Of a stretch of 64,000 bases of DNA, positions 52,350 to 63,045 are shown in pieces. The DNA is from an uncultured Gemmatimonadales bacterium (GTDB taxonomy: Bacteria > Gemmatimonadota > Gemmatimonadetes > Longimicrobiales > RSA9). The notes under the pieces were generated by a model. The model was not told where the DNA came from and did not search any database. It worked only from the letters and a program-made list of their open reading frames with translations. How positions within the stretch are numbered: position 1 is the stretch's first letter; each line of letters starts with the position of its first letter. The translations under genes and the position numbers were made by a program. The stretch spans positions 64,001 through 128,000 of the forward strand of contig CAWCRS010000001.1 of NCBI GenBank assembly GCA_963798085.1, given 5' to 3'.

Positions 52350-55300
52350 GTGAGAACGAACGCTACCATCCGTCATCGCCGCTTCGAGTCAGGCCGCCCG
52401 GAATGGGCGATGCTCGCGGCAGTCCTGCTCGCTTTGACGTCCGCGGCGCCGGTCCTGGGCCTCCAGGCCAGTGATCCGAGCGCACGCGCGGCGGACCGGG
52501 CGGATTCGTCGAAGAAGGTGCTCAACGTCGCGGACTACGCGCGCTGGCGCACGATCGGAGACAAAAGCATCTCGAGCGACGGCCGCTGGGTCACGTGGGT
52601 CTATCGCTTCACGAACGTCGCCCAGAAGGACGAGAAGCCCGAGTTGCACGTCCTGAATCTCGAGACGAACCAGGACGTGAAGATCGCCGGTGCGAGCCGC
52701 GGCACGTTCTCCCCGGACGGCCGCTGGATCGTCTACCAGGTCGACTCGATTCCCTCGCGAGGCGGCCGCGGCGGCGGCGGGCCGGACAGCGCGGGTGCGG
52801 GCGGACAGGGTGGAGGCGGTCGGGGCGGTGCGCCGTCGACGTTGCACCGCATGGAGCTGCGCAACCTCGCCACCGCAACGACGCAGGTCTGGCACGACAT
52901 GCAGTCGGCGACCTTCAACCATTCCTCGACGCACGTGCTGGTGCGGAATCGCGCCGCCAGCGGAGGTGGCGGCCGCGGTGGCTTCGGCGGTGGCAGGGGT
53001 GGAGCCGGTGCCTCGCCCGCGGCCCGGGGATCGGACGCCATTCTCTTCGATCTGGCAACCGGGCGCGGACAGCTGCTCGGAAGCGTCGGTGACGCGGAGT
53101 TCAATCGCGCCGGCGACATGCTCGCGTATACGGTGGACGCGACAACGCGTGATGGTAACGGCCTGTTTGTGGTCGACCTCGCGTCGGGCGCGACGCGAGC
53201 CCTCGACAACGAAGCGCGCACTTACAGCCGCCTCGCCTGGAACGAGGCAGGTAATGGCGTCGCCGTGCTCAAGGGCAAGGACGTCCCGAAGATGAGGGAG
53301 CGCGACAACGTGCTCCTCGTGGTTCGCGATGTGCGCGCCGCGCTCGCCAATGCGAAGCTGCCACCGGCAAGGCTCGACTCGTCGGCCGCCGGCTTTCCCA
53401 GGGGCTGGGTCCTCAGCGAACGCGCGCCGCTCAGCTGGAGTGGGGACGGCGCTCGCGTGTTCCTCGGCGCCATGCCCCAGACGCCCGCCATCGACACGAT
53501 CAAGGTGGAGAGCTCGGATTCCACGACCGACGTCGACGTGTGGCGCACGGACGACCGCTGGATCCAGTCCGAGCAGATGATCCGCGCGCAGCGCGATCGC
53601 AACTTCACGTACAACGAGGCGTTCGACGTCACGCGCGGCGCGTACGTCGCACTCAGTGACTCGACGATGCGCGATCTGGAGATCTCGACGGATGGCCGTT
53701 GGGGTGTAGGTCGCGATGCGCGCGCCTATATCTCCGACTGGAAGCCCGACCTCGCCGATTTCTATCGCGTGAACACTGCGACGGGCGAGCGGACGCTGAT
53801 GTTCAAGGGGCTGCTGACACAGCAGTCGACGTTCGGCATCTCGCCGGACAGCCGCAAGTTCGTGTTCTGGAAGGACGACCGGTTCCAGGCGTACGATCTC
53901 GACACGGGCGCGACGACGACGCTCGGCGTCGACGCACCGACGTTCGTGGACACCACGTTCGACCATCCCGGACCGAAGCCATCGTGGGGAGTGGCCGGCT
54001 TCACGAGCGACGGCAAGAGCGTGATCGTGTCCGATCGCTACGACCTGTGGACACTCCCGCTCGATGGCAAGAGTGCGGCGCGCAACATCACGAACGGGCT
54101 CGGCACGAAGAACCGCACGCGCTTCCGCCTGGTACGCCCGGAACCGATCGACCCGCTGGCGACGCGGCGGGAACGCACCGGTCGCGAATACGACCTGAGC
54201 AAGCCGGTCACGCTCTCGGCATTTGGCGAGCTGACGAAGAAGTCAGGGTTCGATCGCCTGTCGAAAGGTCGCGTCGATAACATCGTGTTCGACGACGCCA
54301 GCTACGACACGCCGGACAAGGCCGCCCACGCCGACCGCTTCCTGTTCACGCGCGAAACCTTCACGGAGTCACCCGACCTGCGCGTGTCCGGACCCGACTT
54401 CGCCGGCGCGAAGCGCATCACGGATTCCAACCCGCAGCAGGCCGAGTACCGCTGGGGCCACGCGCAGCTGTTCGACTTCACGGACAAGCACGGTCATGCA
54501 CTGCAGGGACTGCTCTGGCTGCCGGACGATTACCAGCAGGGCGAAAGGCGACCCACGCTCGTCACCTTCTACGAGAAGAATTCGCAGATCCTGAACCGGT
54601 ACCCGATGCCGGAGCTGCTCGTCAGCATGGGGCGTCCGGCCATTGAGGCCGTGAGCCGCGGCTACATCGTGATGATCCCCGACGTCTGGTACAACACGGG
54701 CACATCGCACGACGACCAGCTCGATTGCGTCGAAGCTGCGACTCGCAAGGTGATCGCGATGGGCTACGTCGATCCGCAGCACATTGGTCTCCACGGGCAC
54801 AGCTACGGCGGCGAGGGCGCGGCGTACATCGGAACGAGGTCCCATCTCTTCGCGGCGGTAGGCGAGGGCGCGGGCGTCACCGATCTCTACACGGACTTCA
54901 GCCAGGAATGGGGCTGGTCCTATCAGGTGAGCGGCGGGTCCGGGCAGAACGGCAACCAGTACTACATCTATGGACAGGGACGCTGGGGCGTATCGCCGTG
55001 GGAAAAGCCGGACGTGTATCGCGACGAGTCGGCGCTCACGCACGCGGCGGAGGCGTCGCAACCCATCCTGATCCTGCACGGCACCGCGGATCCGACGGTC
55101 TCGTTCAATGAGAGTCTCAAGTTCTACAACGCGCTCCGTTACAACGGGAAGGAAGCGATTCTGCTCGCCTATCCGAACGAGGGCCACCACCTCGACAAAC
55201 TCGGGAACCGGAAGGATTTCACGCTTCGATTCTTCGAGTTCTTCGACCACTACCTGAAGGGCGCGCCGGCCGCGAAGTGGATGACCGGTGAGGTGCCCTT

Positions 55301-55361
55301 TCTCGAGAAATCGGCCGTGAATCGTCCCGTGGCCGAGACGGCGGGCGGGAATCACCGATGA
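52350..55361 (+). CDS. Secreted S9 (prolyl oligopeptidase/DPP-like) peptidase
   Basis: Signal peptide, beta-propeller repeats (SPDGRW), triad GHSYGG / HGTADPTV / EGHH. Confidence 0.93.
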   Translation: MRTNATIRHRRFESGRPEWAMLAAVLLALTSAAPVLGLQASDPSARAADRADSSKKVLNVADYARWRTIGDKSISSDGRWVTWVYRFTNVAQKDEKPELHVLNLETNQDVKIAGASRGTFSPDGRWIVYQVDSIPSRGGRGGGGPDSAGAGGQGGGGRGGAPSTLHRMELRNLATATTQVWHDMQSATFNHSSTHVLVRNRAASGGGGRGGFGGGRGGAGASPAARGSDAILFDLATGRGQLLGSVGDAEFNRAGDMLAYTVDATTRDGNGLFVVDLASGATRALDNEARTYSRLAWNEAGNGVAVLKGKDVPKMRERDNVLLVVRDVRAALANAKLPPARLDSSAAGFPRGWVLSERAPLSWSGDGARVFLGAMPQTPAIDTIKVESSDSTTDVDVWRTDDRWIQSEQMIRAQRDRNFTYNEAFDVTRGAYVALSDSTMRDLEISTDGRWGVGRDARAYISDWKPDLADFYRVNTATGERTLMFKGLLTQQSTFGISPDSRKFVFWKDDRFQAYDLDTGATTTLGVDAPTFVDTTFDHPGPKPSWGVAGFTSDGKSVIVSDRYDLWTLPLDGKSAARNITNGLGTKNRTRFRLVRPEPIDPLATRRERTGREYDLSKPVTLSAFGELTKKSGFDRLSKGRVDNIVFDDASYDTPDKAAHADRFLFTRETFTESPDLRVSGPDFAGAKRITDSNPQQAEYRWGHAQLFDFTDKHGHALQGLLWLPDDYQQGERRPTLVTFYEKNSQILNRYPMPELLVSMGRPAIEAVSRGYIVMIPDVWYNTGTSHDDQLDCVEAATRKVIAMGYVDPQHIGLHGHSYGGEGAAYIGTRSHLFAAVGEGAGVTDLYTDFSQEWGWSYQVSGGSGQNGNQYYIYGQGRWGVSPWEKPDVYRDESALTHAAEASQPILILHGTADPTVSFNESLKFYNALRYNGKEAILLAYPNEGHHLDKLGNRKDFTLRFFEFFDHYLKGAPAAKWMTGEVPFLEKSAVNRPVAETAGGNHR

Positions 55362-55540
55362 GCGCGCCCGTCGGGCGGCCGAGCGCGTCCTGCCGGGCTG
55401 CCCGGTTTGGTGACTCGGCCGTGCGCCAGGTCGTTAGCGAGAACCTGCCGCCTTCGGTCGGCCCTTTGACGGTCCGCTGCGCGTGCTGCACATTTGGCCG
55501 CCGCACCAACCGTCCGCTACCGATTCCAGTGAGGTCCGCC

Positions 55541-57424
55541 GTGCGCCCGCGTATCCTTGCCACCGCGCTCGTCTCGCTCGTCGTCTTGACAGCCGCGTCT
55601 CTTCCCGTGTCCGGCCAGAAGGGCTCGGCGGCCCGGGCCGACCAGAAGCCGGTCTGGCCCGACGAGGGCCCGGCCGTGTGGGCGCCCCGGCCCACCGTCG
55701 CCGACATCACGGCCAACGATCTGCGCACTCGCCTGTACGGCTTCGCCGACGACTCGATGATGGGCCGGCGCATTGGCGAGCTGGGCAACCAGAAGGGCAC
55801 GGCGTACATCGCCGCGGAATACAAGCGCCTCGGCCTCGAGCCTGCCGGTGAGGGCGGGACGTACTTCCAGGACCTGCCGTATGGCCCAATTGGCTTTGAT
55901 CGTGCCGCTTCACGACTCCTCGTGGCGGGCCGCTCCGCCGCGGCAGGCCAGGACTGGATCCCGCTGACGCCTTCCGCCGCCAACGGTCTCGGCGGCACTG
56001 CCGACCTGACGAATGTGACCGCGGTGTTCGCCGGCCGGTGGGGCGACCAGACGCCACTCGACGCCGCCGCGTTCAAAGGCAAGGTCGCGGTCTTCGCCGG
56101 AGGGCCTTCCGCTGGCCGAGTCGGTGGCGCTGGCAGAGGCGGCGCGCGCGAACTCCCGAGCTGCGACGAGCTGCCCAACCGCTTCGGCGCCGAGGCCGTT
56201 CTCGCTTCCGATGCGGCGCAGCGTGCTGCGGGAGGGCAGGCCGCCGGCCGCGGCGCACGCGGCGGCCGCGGAGGACCGGGCGGCCCCACGCGCGACACAC
56301 GGGCAGTGGACGCGGGCGCCGTCGCCGTCCTTTTCGTGAACCTCGACGACGAGCCGGACGCGGCGGCCGGCGCTTTCGCGCAGCGCAGCACGATGCGACC
56401 GGAAGCGGCACCGTCCGGCGAACCCGCCGGCGCGTCCGTCACGCGCGCCACCGCGGAACGCATCTTCGGCAAGCCGGTGGATCAGTTGACGGTTGGCGCT
56501 ACTGGCAAGGCGGTGTCAGGCCACTGGGACTACGCGTGGCACATGTCGGAGTGGCCGGCGAGGAACGTGATCGGCGTCATCAAGGGATCCGATCCCGCGC
56601 GGGCCGGCGAGTACGTGCTCATCAGCGCACATAACGACCACGTCGGCGTCAATGGCCAGGCCGTGGACCACGATTCGCTGCGCGCCGTGAACATGGTGAC
56701 CCGGCGCCAGGGCGCGAACGACCCGGTGTGCCGGCCCACCGCGTCACAACAGCACGAGATCGACTCGCTCATTGCGCGCGCCCGCAGCATCCGGCCGCCG
56801 CGCAGGGACTCGATCATGAACGGAGCCGACGATGACGGCTCAGGCACCGTGATCATGCTCGAGGTCGCGGAGCGCTTCGCCGCCGAGCATCCGGCCCGCT
56901 CCATCATTTTCGTGTCTCATGAGGGTGAGGAAGCCGGACTGCTGGGATCCAGGTGGTTCACCGACCACCCCACGATTCCCCTCGCGTCCGTAGCTGCGGC
57001 GCTCAACATGGATATGGAGGCGAAGGGGCGTGTGGAGCAGGTGAAGTACGGCGGACCCACGTCGATTCAGATCCTGGGCGCCCGCCGGTTGTCCATCGAG
57101 TTCGGCAGCGTCATCGACTCCGTGAACGCGATCCGACCGGTGGTCATGGCCATCGACCGCTCATGGGATGTGTCGGGGAATCCGCTGAACCGGTTCTGCC
57201 GGAGCGACCAGGTGAACTACGTGCACCACGACGTGCCGGTCGCGTACTTCTCGACCGGCTACGCCGAGGACTATCACCAGCCGACGGACGAACCGCAGTA
57301 CGCTGACTACGATCACATGGCCAGGATCGGCGGCTTCATCCACGACATCGCCATGGCCATCGCGACGCGGCAGAACCGGCCGGCGATCTCGGGCGCCGAC
57401 CCGAGCTACCCGCAGTGCCGGTAG
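55541..57424 (+). CDS. Secreted M28-family metallopeptidase
   Basis: ISAHNDH, NGADDDGSG, GEEAGLLGS, NMDM, RSD, YHQPTD; GTG 55541 after GAGGT. Confidence 0.92.
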   Translation: MRPRILATALVSLVVLTAASLPVSGQKGSAARADQKPVWPDEGPAVWAPRPTVADITANDLRTRLYGFADDSMMGRRIGELGNQKGTAYIAAEYKRLGLEPAGEGGTYFQDLPYGPIGFDRAASRLLVAGRSAAAGQDWIPLTPSAANGLGGTADLTNVTAVFAGRWGDQTPLDAAAFKGKVAVFAGGPSAGRVGGAGRGGARELPSCDELPNRFGAEAVLASDAAQRAAGGQAAGRGARGGRGGPGGPTRDTRAVDAGAVAVLFVNLDDEPDAAAGAFAQRSTMRPEAAPSGEPAGASVTRATAERIFGKPVDQLTVGATGKAVSGHWDYAWHMSEWPARNVIGVIKGSDPARAGEYVLISAHNDHVGVNGQAVDHDSLRAVNMVTRRQGANDPVCRPTASQQHEIDSLIARARSIRPPRRDSIMNGADDDGSGTVIMLEVAERFAAEHPARSIIFVSHEGEEAGLLGSRWFTDHPTIPLASVAAALNMDMEAKGRVEQVKYGGPTSIQILGARRLSIEFGSVIDSVNAIRPVVMAIDRSWDVSGNPLNRFCRSDQVNYVHHDVPVAYFSTGYAEDYHQPTDEPQYADYDHMARIGGFIHDIAMAIATRQNRPAISGADPSYPQCR

Positions 57425-57440
57425 CCTGATCGCGTGAAGA

Positions 57441-57472
57441 GAGAGGCGCGGGGGATGCGACCCGCGCCTCTC
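57441..57472. terminator. Hairpin terminator between convergent genes
   Basis: GAGAGGCGCGGG / CCCGCGCCTCTC 12-bp stem, 8-nt loop. Confidence 0.7.
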
Positions 57473-57539
57473 GATCCTTCCGCGTCTGATTATCCGCCCG
57501 GCTGCGTCCTCTCCATCCGATTCTCCAGGGCGATCCTTC

Positions 57540-60230
57540 TCACCCGTGCATCAGGATCTGCCCCGGATCCAGTCGCGTCGCCTGCCTCGCCGGCACCAGC
57601 GCCGCCAGCACCGCAGCCGACAACAGGACTGCCGCTACGATCACGAACGTGATGGGGTCACCCGGCTTCACGCCGAACAGCGCGTTCCGCAACACCCGTG
57701 TGGACGCCGCCGCGAGCGCTCCGCCGATCACGAGACCGAACAACACCGGCAGGATCCCCTGCCCCGTGACGAGCGCCAGGACATTGCGTCGACTCGCACC
57801 CAGAGCCATGCGCAGCCCGATCTCGTGTGTGCGACGTTTCGCGTAATACGCCACGACGCCATAAATGCCCACGATCGCCAGCGCCAGGCCCATGAAACCC
57901 AGCACCGCGAGCAGCTGCGCGTTGAACCGGCTCGTCGCAAACGAACCACGCACCCGATCCTCCATTGACCGGACATCCCAGACCGGGACGCCGGGCGCCA
58001 CTGACGCCACGGCGTTCCGGATCGCGCGCGCGCTCGACTGCATTTCTCCACCCCGCGATCTCGCCACGAGCGCCAGCGTGTTCTGAATCCAAGAGAACGA
58101 CACGGCAGGCGCCTGGGCCAGCGGCAGGTAGAATTCGGGCCACGGCTCCCGGCCTGGGCCGCGCGACTTCACGTCTGCTGCAACCCCGATCACCGTCTTC
58201 CACATCGGATCCGCGTCCGAGCCCTCGCAGCACGCCACGCGGCGTCCGATCGGATCCTCATCGGGCCATGCAAGCCTTGCGAACCGCTCGCTCACCACCA
58301 TCACGCGATTGCCGCCCGTGACATTGCGCGAATCGAAATCCCGGCCGCGGGCAAGCCTGATTCCCATTGCGCCGAAGTAGCCCGGGGTCACGATTCGCAG
58401 CACCGTCTGGATCGAGCTCTCCACAGCCAGGGCACGGCCCTCCGGGATGAGTCCGATGAACCCGCAGCAGCCGGGCCCGGTCGGCACCTGGGAGGACAGG
58501 GCCGAGGCGACGATGTCTGGCTGCTCCTTCAGCGCCCGGCTCAGCTCGATGAACGTCCGCCGGGGCCCCTCCGAATCGCCGTAGTCCGTCGGCGGCAGCG
58601 TCACGAGCGCGGTCAGCACACCCTCCGGATGGTATCCGGGACCATCCCGTGCCAGACTGATCGCCGTTCGCACCAGCAGGCCCGCACCCGCAAGCAGCGC
58701 GAAGGCGAGTGCCACCTCGGCCGCTACGAGTATGTCGCGCGCTCGGTCCGAACCGCCCACCGTTCCCCGACCACCCGACCGCAGCGTGCCGAAGAGGTCG
58801 CGCCGGACGATCCGGAGCGCGGGCGCCGCGCCGCACAGCACCGCGCTCACGACGGCGATCGCTGCCCCGAACAGCCCTGTCGTCCCGTCCACCGAAATCA
58901 GGCCCAGGCGAGGCACTCCCGGCGGCGCCGCCGCGATCAGCGCGCGCATCCCGGCCCAGCCCAGCAGTCCACCCGCCAGTGCGCCGAGCACCGACAGCAC
59001 CAGACTCTCCGTCAGCAGCTGCCGAACCAGCCGCCGTTGTCCCGCACCGATCGCCGCTCTCACCCCCAGCTCGCGCAGCCGCCCGGTGCCGCGGGCCAGC
59101 AGCAGATTCGCGACGTTCGCGCACGCGATCAGCAGCACGAAACCCACGGCACCGAGCAGAATCAACAGCCTGGCCCTGACGTCGCCGCTCACCACGACGG
59201 CCGAGAACTGGCGCACGGTGATCTCACCGCGCGCGTTTTCCTGCGGAAAGCGCTCCTTCATCACCCGCGCCACCCGATCCATCTCCCGTTGCGCCGCCGT
59301 GCGAGTAACTCCCGGCGCGAGCCTCGCCGCCACCATGAGATAGTGCTCGTCGTGCATCTGCCGCCGCGCTTCCGTGAACGCTGCGGGAAACCAGAGCGCT
59401 TCGCCGGCGTCGAACGGGTCGAAGTCGGCCGGCATCACACCGAGCACGGTACTCGGCTGTCCGTTCAGTCGGATCTCCCGCCCCACGATCGACGAATCCG
59501 CGCGAAACCGGCTGCGCCAGAGCCCGTCCGACAGCACAACCACGCCGTCACGGCCCGGGATATCCTCCTCCGCCGTGAAGGTCCGGCCCAATGCCGGCTG
59601 CACGCCGAACACGTCCCAGAAATCGTGCGTCGCCTGGACGGCGAGGACATGCTCCGGCGATTCCTCCGTCGCAATGTTGACGTTCGTCCACCGCAGCGCC
59701 GCCATCGACGCGAATGATCGGCTGATCTCCTTCCAGTCGACGAAATTCCCCGCCGACACGTCGCTCGCGTTGGCATCGTCGCCTTCCTCGACGACCACCA
59801 CCCGGCCCGGCTCGCGAAACGCGTACGGCCGAAGCATCACGCCTTCGACCACGCTGAAGATCGCAGTGGTCCCGCCCATGCCCAGCGCCAGCGTCAAGAT
59901 CGCCGCGACGGCGAAACCGGGGGCCGTGCGCAGCTGCCGCAGCGCGTAGCGCACGTCCGTTCCGAAATCTCCAGCGATCATTCGCAGGCTTCGCCTCCGA
60001 TCCCGCCGCCGGCCGATCGCGGCGCATTCTTCCCGTAAGCGGTCCAGATCACCAAAATGTCGCAGCGCCTCCCGCCTCGCCGCCTCACTCGTCCAACCCT
60101 GCGCCTCCAGCTCACGCGTCCGCATCTCCAGATGGAACGCCAGCTCGTCCGCCACTTCGCGATCCGCATCGACCCGGAAGACGCTGCGATCGTATCGACG
60201 GCGCTCCACGCGCCGCGCGCGACCCCTCAC
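57540..60230 (-). CDS. ADOP-type ABC permease with permease-prefix domain
   Basis: EVADELAFHLEMR, DVRYALRQL, LLIACANVANLLL, RTHEIGLRMALGA; GTGA overlap with the PadR gene. Confidence 0.92.
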   Translation of the reverse strand: MRGRARRVERRRYDRSVFRVDADREVADELAFHLEMRTRELEAQGWTSEAARREALRHFGDLDRLREECAAIGRRRDRRRSLRMIAGDFGTDVRYALRQLRTAPGFAVAAILTLALGMGGTTAIFSVVEGVMLRPYAFREPGRVVVVEEGDDANASDVSAGNFVDWKEISRSFASMAALRWTNVNIATEESPEHVLAVQATHDFWDVFGVQPALGRTFTAEEDIPGRDGVVVLSDGLWRSRFRADSSIVGREIRLNGQPSTVLGVMPADFDPFDAGEALWFPAAFTEARRQMHDEHYLMVAARLAPGVTRTAAQREMDRVARVMKERFPQENARGEITVRQFSAVVVSGDVRARLLILLGAVGFVLLIACANVANLLLARGTGRLRELGVRAAIGAGQRRLVRQLLTESLVLSVLGALAGGLLGWAGMRALIAAAPPGVPRLGLISVDGTTGLFGAAIAVVSAVLCGAAPALRIVRRDLFGTLRSGGRGTVGGSDRARDILVAAEVALAFALLAGAGLLVRTAISLARDGPGYHPEGVLTALVTLPPTDYGDSEGPRRTFIELSRALKEQPDIVASALSSQVPTGPGCCGFIGLIPEGRALAVESSIQTVLRIVTPGYFGAMGIRLARGRDFDSRNVTGGNRVMVVSERFARLAWPDEDPIGRRVACCEGSDADPMWKTVIGVAADVKSRGPGREPWPEFYLPLAQAPAVSFSWIQNTLALVARSRGGEMQSSARAIRNAVASVAPGVPVWDVRSMEDRVRGSFATSRFNAQLLAVLGFMGLALAIVGIYGVVAYYAKRRTHEIGLRMALGASRRNVLALVTGQGILPVLFGLVIGGALAAASTRVLRNALFGVKPGDPITFVIVAAVLLSAAVLAALVPARQATRLDPGQILMHG

Positions 60231-60574
60231 GTCGCCTCCCGGCCGGTTGGACGCAGCACTCGCGACACCGCCGCGGCGAAGCGCAGCCATTCCACTGAGT
60301 CTTCCGCCAGGCGGCGAGCCCCTGCTTTCGTGAGCCGGTAGAGCTTCGCCCGCCGGCCCAGCTCGGAGACGCCCCATTCCGCGTCGAGCCAGCCGCGCTT
60401 CTCCATGCGATACAGCGCCGGGTACAGCGAACCCTCTTCCACCCGGATCGCGCCACCCGATTCCTGCTCGATCCGCCGCGCGATCCCGTATCCGTGCAAC
60501 GGCTCTTCTTCGACCGTCCGCAGGATGAGCGAGTCGAGCGTGCCGTGGAGCCAGTCCTTGGTGGCATTGGTCAT
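60227..60574 (-). CDS. PadR-family transcriptional regulator
   Basis: GTLDSLIL, HGYGIARRI, EEGSLYPALYRME, RRAKLYRLT. Confidence 0.95.
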   Translation of the reverse strand: MTNATKDWLHGTLDSLILRTVEEEPLHGYGIARRIEQESGGAIRVEEGSLYPALYRMEKRGWLDAEWGVSELGRRAKLYRLTKAGARRLAEDSVEWLRFAAAVSRVLRPTGREAT

Positions 60575-60608
60575 GGGCGGCCTGGCGTCGTGGGATCGTA
60601 ATGCGACT

Positions 60609-60667
60609 ACCTAGATAATCTTGGTATCACCTGCAATGCTGCGTCTGCGATACCTCGATTGTCAAGG
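60609..60667. promoter_or_regulatory. Two imperfect palindromes, candidate PadR operators
   Basis: ACCTAGATAATCTTGGT (60609-60625) and CCTCGATTGTCAAGG (60653-60667) upstream of the PadR gene. Confidence 0.5.
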
Positions 60668-60877
60668 CTTCCTGCGTGGCGACTTCGCGAGCGCGGTGCG
60701 TTCCCTGCGCACATGGCCGACGGGTGCATCCCATGGAGATCGCCGCAACGACGGACAGCGTGTGCACAGGGACATCAGTGCCTTTCTAACACCACGTTAC
60801 AATGGCGCGAAGAAGGTCCTTGCGGGACGCAGCACCGACGCTCCGGCTCGCGCGTACCCCCTGACCCCGCGCTGGAG

Positions 60878-61600
60878 TCAGGGGGTGACCGGAAGGTGCT
60901 CGGGATCCCAGCGCAGAACCGCCTTCAGGACGCCCTCGAGGTGTTTCCGCATGCGTTCCCTGACCAGCTTCGCGTCGCGCTGTTCCAGAGCTTCGAGGAT
61001 GGCAAGGTGTTCCCGGTGGTCTTGTTCGCGCGACCCGAAAATGCCGAGGATCAGGCGCTGCTCGTCCGAGAAGAGGTCGCCGAGAACATCGAGCAGCTGC
61101 GCCAGCACGGTGTTGCCGGAGGCGAGCGCAATGCGCCGATGAAACGCCATGTTAGTCGTGTTGAGGACGCCGTCGTTGTTCAGGTTCCGGCCGGCGGTCT
61201 CGAGCAGCTCCCGCATCTCGGCGAGGTCGGCGGCGGTCGCCTGCGCCACCGCCGTCGACGCCGAAAAGATCTCCAGCGGGATCCGCGTCTGCACGAGGTC
61301 CACGAGCAGCTTCTTGGTCACCGTGCCGCCGTAATCCCGGCTGGCGTGTACCAGCACGTCGTGGCCGCGACTGACGTATACGCCGGACCCGTGCCGGATC
61401 TCCACCATGCCCGTGGTCTGCAGCTTCTTGAGCGCTTCTCTGACCGTCGGGTGGCCGACGCCGAAGCGGCGCGCCATTTCCATGATGGCGGGAAGGCGAT
61501 CGCCCCGCGCGTATTCGCCTGCCATGATCAGAGTGCGGATGCGGCGGGCGAGCCGATCCGACAGGCTCTCCTTCACCACGGGCCTGAACGGGTCCTTCAT
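60878..61600 (-). CDS. FadR/GntR-family regulator
   Basis: GDRLP..EMARRFGVG..TVREAL, HGSGVYV, FH..IA.ASGN; GGAGG RBS before ATG 61600. Confidence 0.93.
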   Translation of the reverse strand: MKDPFRPVVKESLSDRLARRIRTLIMAGEYARGDRLPAIMEMARRFGVGHPTVREALKKLQTTGMVEIRHGSGVYVSRGHDVLVHASRDYGGTVTKKLLVDLVQTRIPLEIFSASTAVAQATAADLAEMRELLETAGRNLNNDGVLNTTNMAFHRRIALASGNTVLAQLLDVLGDLFSDEQRLILGIFGSREQDHREHLAILEALEQRDAKLVRERMRKHLEGVLKAVLRWDPEHLPVTP

Positions 61601-61775
61601 GCGCGGCCTCCGCGTGCCGGACGTGTTCATCAGTCTACCCGGTCGCCTTCGGTTTTGCCATTCGAGGACTGTGCCTCTGCCCGTGCCGGCATTGCCGGTG
61701 TCCGGGATGCGCCAGGCGGGGTATGATGGAGGTGAATCGACCGCGCCCCACTGTTCATCAGCCGGGAAGGGGCAG

Positions 61776-62177
61776 ATGAAAGCCCGCAGACTCACCACCG
61801 CCCTGGCCATCTTCGCTTGCAGCACGCTCGCCGCCTGCGGCCTGCACCATGGTCGAGGTGCGGAGAAGCCGAATCCGGAACTCATCACACACCAGCAGCT
61901 CACCGAGAACCGCTTCGTCAACGCCTACCAGGCCGTCGAGGCGATGCGCCCGAACTGGCTCGTGCCGCACGGGCCCGACAGTTTCAGCTCACCGAGCGAG
62001 GTCCTCGCCTATCTGGACAACGTCAAGCTCGGCTCCGTCACCGAACTGCGCTCGATCCTCACGCCTGACATCTCCTTTCTGCGCCACTACGATGGCGTCG
62101 CGGCCACCACCCGCTTCGGCGTGGGTCACGCCGCGGGTGTGATCCAGGTTTCCACGTTCACGGAGAACCGGCGCTAG
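61776..62177 (+). CDS. Small lipoprotein resembling a stand-alone TonB-receptor plug domain
   Basis: LAAC lipobox; NAYQAVEAMRPNWL, YLDNV, ATTRFG.GHAAGVIQV. Confidence 0.7.
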   Translation: MKARRLTTALAIFACSTLAACGLHHGRGAEKPNPELITHQQLTENRFVNAYQAVEAMRPNWLVPHGPDSFSSPSEVLAYLDNVKLGSVTELRSILTPDISFLRHYDGVAATTRFGVGHAAGVIQVSTFTENRR

Positions 62178-62211
62178 GCTGGTCGGAGGCGCAGGCCGGG
62201 GCGCGGCAAGT

Positions 62212-63045
62212 TCAGCGGGACTTTCTAGACCCGCTGCTGCGCGCGCCGGAAGCGGTGGCATGCGTCGCGTTCCATTTACGAATGGCAGCCGTGACGCCGC
62301 GCAGGTGGTTCGTCATCCGTTCGCTGGCGAGCCGCTCATCGTGTGCTTCGATCGCGGCAAGGATCCCGAGATGGTCCTCGTGGTCGAGCTGGCGAGTGCC
62401 GAAGATCCCGATGATCAGTCGCTGCTCGTCGACAAACAGCTCCTGAAGCACGGAAATCAGCTGAACCAGTACTGCGTTGCCCGAGGTCAGCGCGATCTCG
62501 CGGTGAAACGCCATGTTCACGGTGTTGAGCTCGACCTCGTTCTCGGTCGCGCTCGCCTTTTCCAGGAGGCGTCGCATCTCGGCGAGATGCAGCGGGTCCG
62601 CGTTCTTCGCCGCTAGCGCTGCGGACAGCACTTCCAGTGGTGCCCGGGCCTGGATCAGATCCAGGAGCAGCTTGCGGGTCACCGTGCCCGCGTAGTCCGG
62701 CGTGGCGACGACCATTACGTCGTGATTGCGCGTCACGTACACGCCCGAGCCGTGCCGGATCTCCACCATACCCATCGCCTCGAGCTTCTTCAGCGCTTCG
62801 CGCAGCGAGGGATGCCCGACGCCGAACCGTCGGGCCATCTGCATGATCGGAGGCAGTCGGTCTCCTTTCCGGTACTGCCCTTCCTGGATCATGGCCCGGA
62901 TGCGCTGCGCCAGCCGGTCCGCGAGGTTGAGTTTCAGCACCGGTCGGAACGCCTCATCCGCGGGCTCTCGGCGCAGTGGCTGGTTGCCTCGGATTCTCGC
63001 CCGGCCCCTCGCGGGCGGACCCTGGCGCTCCGGACCGGGCGTCAC
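62212..63045 (-). CDS. FadR/GntR-family regulator (paralogue of 60878-61600)
   Basis: GDRLPPIMQMARRFGVGHPSLREALKKL, HGSGVYV; GTGA overlap with the upstream transporter. Confidence 0.9.
   Translation of the reverse strand: MTPGPERQGPPARGRARIRGNQPLRREPADEAFRPVLKLNLADRLAQRIRAMIQEGQYRKGDRLPPIMQMARRFGVGHPSLREALKKLEAMGMVEIRHGSGVYVTRNHDVMVVATPDYAGTVTRKLLLDLIQARAPLEVLSAALAAKNADPLHLAEMRRLLEKASATENEVELNTVNMAFHREIALTSGNAVLVQLISVLQELFVDEQRLIIGIFGTRQLDHEDHLGILAAIEAHDERLASERMTNHLRGVTAAIRKWNATHATASGARSSGSRKSR

Noticed and set aside
52755..53010. GGRGG Gly/Arg-rich repeats in the S9 peptidase (also in M28 near 56240-56290)
   Set aside because: Low-complexity linkers within normal enzymes, not a separate DNA element
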